This document shows, one piece after another, positions 49,100 to 58,200 of a DNA stretch of 64,000 nucleotides (position 1 is the first letter of the stretch; each line of letters starts with the position of its first letter). This DNA comes from Candidatus Helarchaeota archaeon (GTDB lineage Archaea; Asgardarchaeota; Lokiarchaeia; Helarchaeales; RDOG01), in assembly GCA_019058315.1 (NCBI GenBank), contig JAHPZH010000003.1:652451-716450 (forward strand), given 5' to 3'. Both the position numbers and the translations under genes were made by a program. Under the pieces are notes generated by a model. The model did no database searches. It was not told the DNA's origin and saw only the letters and a list, made by a program, of their open reading frames with translations.

Positions 49100-50230
49100 T
49101 TAGTCGGTTAATTTTTTCATTTTTAAAATGGATTTAAGTTCATCACGAAGAGCTTGGTTTATTGGGTAATGTTCTTTTATTTTTCCCGATTCTTTAACTT
49201 CTCTAGTAGGAGGCTTCGGTAGAGTTACAGCTTCACCTTTTCTAGTATATTCCATCCAGTGTCTAAAATTTTCCATTCTAGTTTCGATACTCGATAATCT
49301 TTGTTCTACCATTGAACTTAAGTTAATTACAATGTTCATAATGTGTTCTATTGATTCTTTTAACACAGAATCTTCTTTATGCTCATGCGCTTTTCCAGTA
49401 GTTATGAAAGTACGAATTTCTTTTACCATAGTTTTATTATCGCCAATAAGATTAAAGATACTGAAGGTTGTTATTTCAAAATCAAAATTTTTACTTTGTA
49501 ATATTTCATTATACTGATTTTTAAGAACTTGAATTGCATCTTGGGTTTCTTTTTTATCTCTAATATCTGGATCTACTTTATGAATTATCACTAGAATTTC
49601 TGGTTGTTCTTTTAATACTTCTAATAAATTAATAATTTCTAGAAAATAATTTTGGGCCTCTTGAAATCGATTTGGATCTTGAACGTCAATTACAAACATT
49701 ATGAACTCTACATTTAAAAAATAGCGCTCAGCATTTTGAATATATTGTTTTCTATAAGATTCTTGACCCCCCATATCAAGTACTATATGATCCATACCAT
49801 ATTTTTGGATTATCTCGCGACCCACACCTAATGTTGGGCTTAATTTTTCAAAGGTTTCTAGATCTAATTTATTTTGGATTGCTTGGAGTATGGCAGTTTT
49901 ACCTGCATTATCTAGTCCTATAATTAAAGTTTTAGAAGATCCGACTTCGAATTTTCCTTCAAAAATCATTTTACATAAAAATTTCCACAGATTTAAATCA
50001 TATTCGGGAATTCCTAACATTTTAAGCATTAAAAATTCTTCATCATTTATTTTTCTTAAAGCTAACTCTTCAATTGTTACAACATGTAAAACATTTTTTA
50101 AAGTCGTAGCAGTCTTTACATCAATACTCTTAAAATGAATTAAATCAAGTTGTGCAAGTTGTTTTAAAGTCGTAATTGATTCTGGAATGTCAATAACATT
50201 TTCAAGTTTGTTTTTTATAGATTCGTCCAT
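49100..50230 (-). CDS. HhH-like/Arf-like GTPase/coiled-coil protein (array copy 1)
   Basis: LDLIHFKSIDVKTA; GLDNAGKT, PTLG, DMGGQ, HKVD; LPKPP linker; LRDELKSILKMKKL. Confidence 0.88.
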   Translation of the reverse strand: MDESIKNKLENVIDIPESITTLKQLAQLDLIHFKSIDVKTATTLKNVLHVVTIEELALRKINDEEFLMLKMLGIPEYDLNLWKFLCKMIFEGKFEVGSSKTLIIGLDNAGKTAILQAIQNKLDLETFEKLSPTLGVGREIIQKYGMDHIVLDMGGQESYRKQYIQNAERYFLNVEFIMFVIDVQDPNRFQEAQNYFLEIINLLEVLKEQPEILVIIHKVDPDIRDKKETQDAIQVLKNQYNEILQSKNFDFEITTFSIFNLIGDNKTMVKEIRTFITTGKAHEHKEDSVLKESIEHIMNIVINLSSMVEQRLSSIETRMENFRHWMEYTRKGEAVTLPKPPTREVKESGKIKEHYPINQALRDELKSILKMKKLTD

Positions 50231-50257
50231 AAATACAGCCTCAAATATTAAAATCCA

Positions 50258-51247
50258 TTATAAATGCTTGTGATTATTATTCTTTTTATTATTGTTATTT
50301 TCTTTCATAAATTTTAATACATTTTCCATAGAAGTCATTCCAGTTCTTGCTCCTACTTTAAGGCAATTTAAAGCCCCAGCAGCATTAGCAAAATTGGCGA
50401 TTTTATCTAAGTCCCAATCCTTTAAATAACCTACGGAAAATGCAGCATTAAATGCATCACCAGCACCAGTTGTATCAATGGGTTTTATATTATATGCAGG
50501 ATAAGTTTTTTGTTCGATTTTATCACCGTTTCTTGTAGAAATAACACAACCATCGCTTCCTAAAGTGACTGCAATAATTTTTATATTAGGTTTTTTTCCT
50601 AGCAAAATCTTTGCGGCAACTGTTGGGTCGTGCTTCCCAGTCAGTTCCATTATTCCCAGTCTTTGGGGAATTAGTATATCGACAAGATCCAAAAATTTTT
50701 CAATCTCATCATAACCGTATTGGACTGCAACTTGTTTTTCTAAATCAAATGAAATAATTATATCAGGATTATCCTTTTTTGAGGCTTTTATTATATATTC
50801 TGAAACATCCTTATGAATGGCTGTAGTATGAATTAATTTTGCACCCTTTATAAGTCTTAAATCAATATCTTCTGGAACCTTGAGCCTTGTTTTAATCATG
50901 TAAGGACTTTGAATAATTACCCGTTCTCCACTTCCTGTAACCATAATAAAATTTACTGCTGAACTGGAATCGTCTTTAATTTGTAATAAAGAAGTGTCAA
51001 CTCTTTCCTTTTCAAAATCCTGTAAAAGGGTTTCCCCAGCTGAATCATTTCCAATTGCACCCACAAAACCTGCTGGGATGCCTAATCGTGCAACGCCTGT
51101 AATATAATTACCTGTTACGCCACCAGGAAGATATACATAGCTTTCTGCATCAACTTTTTCATCGGGTTCTGGGAAATGTTTAATTTTTGCTATCATATCT
51201 AGGGCGCAAGCACCGACACCTAAAATTTCAGCCATTTTTAAGCCCAA
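50258..51247 (-). CDS. PfkB/ribokinase-family carbohydrate kinase
   Basis: PGGVTGNY...ARLG; GAIGND; VTLGSDG; DTTGAGDAFNAAF. Confidence 0.93.
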   Translation of the reverse strand: MGLKMAEILGVGACALDMIAKIKHFPEPDEKVDAESYVYLPGGVTGNYITGVARLGIPAGFVGAIGNDSAGETLLQDFEKERVDTSLLQIKDDSSSAVNFIMVTGSGERVIIQSPYMIKTRLKVPEDIDLRLIKGAKLIHTTAIHKDVSEYIIKASKKDNPDIIISFDLEKQVAVQYGYDEIEKFLDLVDILIPQRLGIMELTGKHDPTVAAKILLGKKPNIKIIAVTLGSDGCVISTRNGDKIEQKTYPAYNIKPIDTTGAGDAFNAAFSVGYLKDWDLDKIANFANAAGALNCLKVGARTGMTSMENVLKFMKENNNNKKNNNHKHL

Positions 51248-51344
51248 TTTTATTATTTTTTAAATGTGTTTTTTGATAATTTTTAATTTATAATGGATTT
51301 TAAAAATATTCCTTCACATATAATTTCAAAAAAATTACAGTTAT

Positions 51345-51896
51345 TTATTCCACAGATGCATGTCTTGCATGGATGTAATCCTCGTCAATCTTTAATTCAT
51401 CCATTATAACTCTTGCTAGTGAATCAAATAGCGCAAATGCAGCAGTATCAAAAAGACTCGTATAGGGAGCTAGACTTTTAGTTTTTTCAACTTTTGTTTT
51501 ACTTTTCAAATCTATGATTATATCAGCTAATTTCCCTATTGTACATTCAGGATTTGAGGTAATTAAAACGAGTTTACCTCCAATTTCTCTAACTTTTTTT
51601 GCGAATGCAACAGTACTAATTGTTTCACCAGATCCTGATATCGCTATTAAAATATCTTTATCCGTAAAGCGGTGTGTAATGGTATCACCAATAAAACAAG
51701 ATTTTACTCCCAAATGCATGAGGCGATGTGCAAATGTTCGTCCCACAAGTCCCGATCTGCCAGCTCCATAAACAAACGTCATTCGACAATAATGAATTAA
51801 GTTAGTTATTCCTTTAATATCATGTTCATCAATTATTTCTGTTAATTTTTTAATATTATCCGCTATTTCAAGTATTGTATCATGAAAATTACCCAT
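51345..51896 (-). CDS. hxlB: 6-phospho-3-hexuloisomerase (SIS domain)
   Basis: YGAGRSGLVG..FAHRLMHLG; ISGSGET; C-terminal RHASVE. Confidence 0.88.
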   Translation of the reverse strand: MGNFHDTILEIADNIKKLTEIIDEHDIKGITNLIHYCRMTFVYGAGRSGLVGRTFAHRLMHLGVKSCFIGDTITHRFTDKDILIAISGSGETISTVAFAKKVREIGGKLVLITSNPECTIGKLADIIIDLKSKTKVEKTKSLAPYTSLFDTAAFALFDSLARVIMDELKIDEDYIHARHASVE

Positions 51897-52006
51897 AAAA
51901 GCTCACTCACTTAGTAATTCTATTCTTTAAATAGGATTATTGTATAGATTATTAAAAATATAGTAATTAAAATTAGAATAAAAATGATTTCAAAGAGATT
52001 TTAATA

Positions 52007-52762
52007 ATGGAAAAAAATAAGTATCCAATTACAATTGAGGGTGAAACAGCCCAAATTAGGACTGCAGCAGAACTTGTAGTCGCGTTAGATGTCCTCCAAG
52101 GAAATCATGACCGTATGGTATTGCAGCAATTACATCAAAAAATAGTGGACATCATCAAGAGTCCTCAGGATTTATATATGATTTTAAAAGTTTTATCCGC
52201 AGATGACCAGATCTTTCTAATAGAAGCTCTGGGTGTAAATTTAGTTAAAGTAGTAAAAAGAGCCAGTGCTTTACGAGATATATTTGCTATGTTATCGGAA
52301 GGTAAAGTAGAAGAACAAATTTTAAAAGTTCTAGGTCCCAGTGGTCTACGTAGTTTGGTTCATTCAGCACGTGAATTATCTGAGATCCTCGAATGGGTAT
52401 ATGATATATGTGATAAATATGTCCTCGAATTGCTTGGTCCAGATTATTTGAGACGTATCTTTCAAAGTGGTGAAGAACTTAGCCTCGTTTTACATTCAAT
52501 CGATCATGATTGTCAAAATGGGCTAATTGAAATCATTGGTTGGGAACAGGTTGTATCTTTAGTTAGAAATAGACGTGATTTAGCACATCTACTAAGAGCA
52601 TTACCAAGTGAACTTAGTAAAAAATTGTTGAATTTTTTTACAAAAGAACAATTATGGGAGATAATTATCGATGATCACGGTTGGAAATATCTCTATAAAT
52701 ATCTTGAATCTGATGAGGCTAATTATCTAAGTGAGTTATTGGAGGTAGAAAAACATGCCTAA
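52007..52762 (+). CDS. hypothetical helical-repeat protein
   Basis: Repeated ...S..EL..IL..L units; overlaps the next gene by 8 nt. Confidence 0.75.
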   Translation: MEKNKYPITIEGETAQIRTAAELVVALDVLQGNHDRMVLQQLHQKIVDIIKSPQDLYMILKVLSADDQIFLIEALGVNLVKVVKRASALRDIFAMLSEGKVEEQILKVLGPSGLRSLVHSARELSEILEWVYDICDKYVLELLGPDYLRRIFQSGEELSLVLHSIDHDCQNGLIEIIGWEQVVSLVRNRRDLAHLLRALPSELSKKLLNFFTKEQLWEIIIDDHGWKYLYKYLESDEANYLSELLEVEKHA

Positions 52763-53810
52763 TGAAGCAATTCCAACTTGGACCAGAGATCCAACCAAAC
52801 CTGGATCTTTAACTCCTTTACGGGGAAGCAAATACGAAATGATTGATTCACATCTTCATGTAGTGAATTTTATTCAAGAAACCCCAGGCGGAAACGCTCT
52901 TATTAAAGCCATGGATAAAGCAAATGTAGGCAAGGCTGTTATTTTTGGACTGCCTGTTGCAAAAATATGGGCAGGACAAGACAGAGAGCCACCGGATTAT
53001 TATTTGGCAAATGATTCCCGTTGCTATTATTATAGTTACTCAGATGTAATTGTAGCAGAAATGGTTCGTGCTTTACCAAATAAACAACAAGAGCGTCTTT
53101 ATCCCTTAATATGTGGTTTCAATCCGACCGATAAATATGCATTTAGGCATATAGAGAGATTATACAATCAATACCCTGATGTATGGAGTGGTATCGGTGA
53201 AATACTGTTACGTCATGATGATCTCACAGCACTTACATATGGAGATGCCGCACGTGCTAACCATCGTGCACTTTGGCCAGTATATCAGTTCGCAGCAGAC
53301 CATGATTTACCAGTATTAATGCATCAAAATATAACTTCTGTTAGTAAAAGCGACCATCCGGTATATTTATATGAACTCGAGGAAGCACTTCGTGATTTCC
53401 CTAGGACTCGTTTTGTCTTGGCTCATTGTGGAATATCAAGACGAGTTAATGTTCCATTCTACCATGAAATGATTAAACGATTACTTGATCAATATCCTTT
53501 ATTGGTGGTGGATTACTCATGGATTATCTTTGATGTAGTCATCTGCCCTAATGGAAAGCCTCAAAAAGAATGGATAGAACTTACAGAAGAATATAGCGAA
53601 AGGATTTGTCTCGGATCAGATATGGTGACTAAATTTGAGCGCATAGGTCCAGAATTGCAACGTTATGATGTATTTCTTGATCAGCTTAGTGAGACAGCTC
53701 GTGCCAACATTTGTTGGCATACTCCAGAAAGAGTTTATAGCCGAAATAAAGGCAAAGTGAAACTAACTGAAACATCTCTTGACTATTATGCATCTATAAC
53801 TGGTTATTAA
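52755..53810 (+). CDS. amidohydrolase-family protein (bacterial-type)
   Basis: IDSHLH; GFNPTD; GIGEILLRHDDLT; LMHQN; LAHCG; LGSD. Confidence 0.88.
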   Translation: MPNEAIPTWTRDPTKPGSLTPLRGSKYEMIDSHLHVVNFIQETPGGNALIKAMDKANVGKAVIFGLPVAKIWAGQDREPPDYYLANDSRCYYYSYSDVIVAEMVRALPNKQQERLYPLICGFNPTDKYAFRHIERLYNQYPDVWSGIGEILLRHDDLTALTYGDAARANHRALWPVYQFAADHDLPVLMHQNITSVSKSDHPVYLYELEEALRDFPRTRFVLAHCGISRRVNVPFYHEMIKRLLDQYPLLVVDYSWIIFDVVICPNGKPQKEWIELTEEYSERICLGSDMVTKFERIGPELQRYDVFLDQLSETARANICWHTPERVYSRNKGKVKLTETSLDYYASITGY

Positions 53811-53951
53811 TCAGCGATTATCATGAGAACACTTAATAAAAAAATTATTATTAAACAAAATACTGAAAAACCATATCAATATCCTTTTTTTTATATTTTC
53901 GGATATAATATACTATATCAAGTTCTTTAATCGATTAATTTTGGAATGTAA

Positions 53952-54296
53952 TTAGTCTTCGTCATTAAGATCAGGGGGAGCTATTACTTCACCGACGCAA
54001 ACGCTGTTTTTATCAATAATCTTCAATTTTTTATTAATAGAAAATTGACAATCATGTCCATAACCAGATAATGGTCCACAATCTATAAAATAAGCTTTTT
54101 TCTTTTCAGTAATGGTTACTATAAAATCATTTACCAAATTTTCTAATCCAGAACTTAAATTTCCATAAACACCGAAATCTCCACTTTTCTTTAACGCCTC
54201 GTCCAAAATTTTTGCTATTCTATTTTTTTCATCTATATTCTTCTCTTTTTTGGAAATAAATCGTATCTTTGCTACAATATCGTCAAATTTAGACAT
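53952..54296 (-). CDS. hypothetical protein
   Basis: 114-aa ORF; GGGTGTGA upstream. Confidence 0.6.
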   Translation of the reverse strand: MSKFDDIVAKIRFISKKEKNIDEKNRIAKILDEALKKSGDFGVYGNLSSGLENLVNDFIVTITEKKKAYFIDCGPLSGYGHDCQFSINKKLKIIDKNSVCVGEVIAPPDLNDED

Positions 54297-54499
54297 TTAT
54301 TTCACACCCTAATAACGGGATGATATTAATGAATTTATTAACATTTTTTCGCATATAATTATTCCCAACCATTCAAAATTACTAAAATAGTCAGTTTTTC
54401 TTTTCAAGTAAAAAAGAAAATTTATATTTTAGTGAACCGTTTACAATATGTGGAATAGAATTAATTAATAATGAGGAGAATACTATTAAAGAAATCGAA

Positions 54500-55090
54500 T
54501 TGGGAAATATTCTAGATGAAAAAAAGCTAGAAGAAGAAATTAATAAAATAAAGAAAAAGGGAAAGAGGTTATTCGATAAAGGAGATTATTTAGAGGCTCA
54601 AAAACTATTTAAAAATATGGAATCTAGTCTATTAAAAATAAATAGGAAAAATGAAGCATTATTTTTTTCTCGTAAATACGAGCAAATCAAAAATCTAACT
54701 GATCAGCGCAGAGAAACCTTAAAACTTTTAACACAAGCAAAATTTAAGAAAGATATTATTCAAGTGATAAATCTATATAATGAAATAATTGAAATTTCTA
54801 AAGAATTGAATGATATTGATGGTATAGAGATGTATAATGTAAAACTAAAAGAATATACTAAATCCTATAAAATTTCTATCCCTGAATTAGAATTGAAATT
54901 GATGGTTTTAGAAGAGCAAGCAGCAAAGTGTGAGAGTGAATATTTATATGGGGCAGCTTCCGATAATTACGAAAAATGTGAGAAAATATGTTTATTATTA
55001 AGACAATTAGGGGAAGAAGAAGAAGATAATTTAGAAAAATTTAGAAAAAAGAAAGAATCACTTCGAAATATAATTTCAAAACAAGAATAG
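54500..55090 (+). CDS. alpha-helical (MIT/TPR-like bundle repeat) protein
   Basis: Repeated helical-bundle units such as AAKCESEYLYGAASDNYEKCEKICLLLRQLG. Confidence 0.6.
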   Translation: MGNILDEKKLEEEINKIKKKGKRLFDKGDYLEAQKLFKNMESSLLKINRKNEALFFSRKYEQIKNLTDQRRETLKLLTQAKFKKDIIQVINLYNEIIEISKELNDIDGIEMYNVKLKEYTKSYKISIPELELKLMVLEEQAAKCESEYLYGAASDNYEKCEKICLLLRQLGEEEEDNLEKFRKKKESLRNIISKQE

Positions 55091-55251
55091 ATTTTCTTTT
55101 TTTATAAAATAGTTATTCTTCGCTTTATATGGTATAATCTCGGTGTTAAGATTTTTCTTTAAAGATTAATAAGTTTCTTTATAATATATATAAGGAGCGA
55201 TTTTAAGGAATTTAGAAATTAAAATATTAAATTATAATAAAGGTTAGGATA

Positions 55252-58200
55252 ATGCGAAGACATAAAATTTTAGGATTTTTAATATATTTATTTACAATCT
55301 TAATTATTATCCCCTCAAATTATTCCTTTTCAACCAATGAAACTCTTCCTTGGAATTTATTAATAACAAATGAAAATCGTTCTCCTTCAGTCTACGATCC
55401 AATACTATTATCTCCCTCCTACAGTCCATGGTCCAATGCAACGATAATTTCAGATGATTTCATTGGATGGAATAATGATTCAAGTCAGTTTGCGGATATT
55501 GCCACAGATATATATGGAAATGTGCATGTTGTTTGGGAGGATCAAACTATTGGTGAATGGGGAACTGATCATGAAATAATGTATGCAAATTATACAGGTT
55601 CGAGTTGGTCCAATTCCACAGTTATTTCAGACGATTTTACAGGGTGGAATACCGGTGATAGTCACAGACCAAGCATTGCTACAGATAGTAATGGAGATGT
55701 TCATGTTGTCTGGAATGATAACACTAATGGTCCATGGTATGATAGCGTAGGAGATTGGGAAATTATGTATGTAAATTATACATCATCGGGCTGGTCCAAT
55801 GCCACGGTGATTTCTGATGATTTCACAGGATGGAATGATCAGGGTAGTTATTGGCCTGACATCGCAGTGGATAAAAATGACAATTTGCATGTTGTTTGGG
55901 AGGATTGGACGGATGGTGAATGGGGAACGGATCGTGAAATAATGTATGTAAATTATACATCATCGGGTTGGTCCAATGCCACCGTGATTTCAGACGATTT
56001 TACTGGATGGAATAATGATACTAGTAATTACGCTAACATCGCCATAGATATATATGGAAATTTGCATGTGGTCTGGGAGGATTTTACAGTTGGTGAATGG
56101 GGATCTGATCATGAAGTAATGTATGTAAATTATACATCATCGGGTTGGTCCAATGCCACCGTTATTTCAGATGATTTTACAGGGTGGAATACCGGTGATA
56201 GTCACAGACCAAGCGTTGCAACAGATAATAATGGAGATGTGCACGTAGTCTGGAATGATGGCACAGATGGTACGTGGGGAACTGATTGGGAAATTATGTA
56301 TTCAAACAATTCTGCTGGAGGTTGGTCTAAGGCAACTGTGATTTCGGATGATAGTACCAATTGGAATTATGATGGTAGCTATCAACCTGAGATTGCTATA
56401 GATAAAAATGGAGATTATCATGTTGTCTGGAATGATTGGACGCCTGGTGAATGGGGAACAGATCATGAAATAATGTATGTAAAACATGTTGGTACAGGTT
56501 GGACTAACGCAACAGTGATCTCGGACGACGGTACTGGATGGAATAATGGTGATAGTTCTATCGCTCAGATTGCAACGGATAATAATAGCTATATTCACGT
56601 AGTCTGGCATGATGACACGGATGGTGAATGGGGAACTGATTATGAAATTATGTACTCACGGTATCTTTGGGAAAATAACCCTCCAACTTCAAATCACCCA
56701 AATAATATTACGACTCCGATAAGCGACACAGATAAGATTGGATGGATATTATATGATGATTATGATGAAGGTTATTATCGAGTCTGGGCAAATGATACAA
56801 ATGGAAATTATTACATACGGGAAGATTGGCAACCTTGGACCAATAATACGCTTTTGAATGTTACTATTAACCGCACTGCGTTAGGAATTTATAATTATAC
56901 AATAGAATATAATGATAGTGCAGGGATTTTTGGCAATCCCGACACTGTTATAGTTTACGTGGTTGGTAACAACGGTTCAAAACAATTTTTAAGCTCTGGA
57001 ATTAATTACATCTTTCAATATGATAATGAGAGCTTTTTATGGGTGAATTTAACGATTTTTGTATCATATGAAACTAATTTAACAATAACAACATATTTAA
57101 AAAAGCCTATAACCTTTGAAGATTTATCAGAGGGGTTTCTCTTTTTTGATTTAACATTAGAGGATCCAAACGCAATAGCTAATGTGATTATACGATTTCA
57201 TTATAATGAATCACTTCTTAATGGTATTGAGGAACAAAAAATTGTTCTATATATTTTTAATGAGGGAGCCGGGAAATGGGAAATACTCGATAATGCGACG
57301 TCTAATTATAATGATAACTATTTTCAAGTTAATTTAGCTCATCTGTCAAAATTTGCAATGGCACCTAAATCACAAAAAGAAATACCAATTATATTTCTTC
57401 CTCCTTCAGGTGGGGATAATTTGCTATTATATATCATTATCGGAGGAATAGCAATAACAACTATCGCTATTATTGTTGCTGTAAAAAAACGGAAGGAGGA
57501 ACTGGAACCTATTAAAAAAATGAAATTTAAGAAGGAAGAATTAAAAATTAAAAGAGCCTACGACTATTTAGGAGGGGATATTAGATATAAAGTAGTCGTA
57601 GAAAACATCTCCAAGGAAAACATTAGGGATATTTCAGTAGAATTAGATGTTAGCAAGGGATTTGAACAAACAAAACCAATAAATAAAATAAAGAAACTTG
57701 AGCCAGGAGAAAGCATTGGCTCTGATTTTACTCTCACTCCAATGACTTGTGGCAAGACAAGGATTCATGGAAAAGTTTCTTACATTAATGGAAAAGGTAA
57801 ACCGGTAACAACGGAGGTTTCCCCTTCTATAGTCCAAATTAAATGTCCCTTGGTGCAACCCAAAACAATTTCTTTATCAGAACTCATGAAATTGATGGGT
57901 AAGTTACAAAGCAGTCATACAGAAATTGAATATTCTAGACTTAGTAAGGCATTGGCATATCAAATTGCAAAGGAACAGGTTTCTTCGCTGGATGTTTTGG
58001 AAGTAGAAGAGAATGAGGATATTTTCCATGTAATTTATAGTGGTGAGGCTAAAGTCGGTGGAGACTTGATCATCATTGATTTAATTGTGAAAGATAAAAT
58101 AATTATCAATGTATACTTAAAAGATATTAAACAGGCTACGGGGTTTTTAGCTAACATTAAAAATTTGATAAATCTAGCAATAAAATATTCTTCAAGGATT

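Noticed and set aside
45410-49160. KSILK in the GTPase tails as a PP1-docking SILK motif, or the tail as an ESCRT-III MIM1
   Set aside because: SILK is present in only two of four copies and has no RVxF partner; MIM1 needs LxxRLxxL, whereas these tails have LxxEL
50261-50300. Asn/Lys-rich low-complexity tail of the PfkB kinase (NNNNKKNNNH)
   Set aside because: Short, imperfect AAT/AAC run in an AT-rich genome; no evidence of a functional microsatellite
55429-56664. Repeats as a CRISPR array or DGR template/variable repeats
   Set aside because: They are in-frame coding repeats of about 177 nt with no spacer structure; differences are not adenine-specific; no cas or reverse transcriptase gene is present
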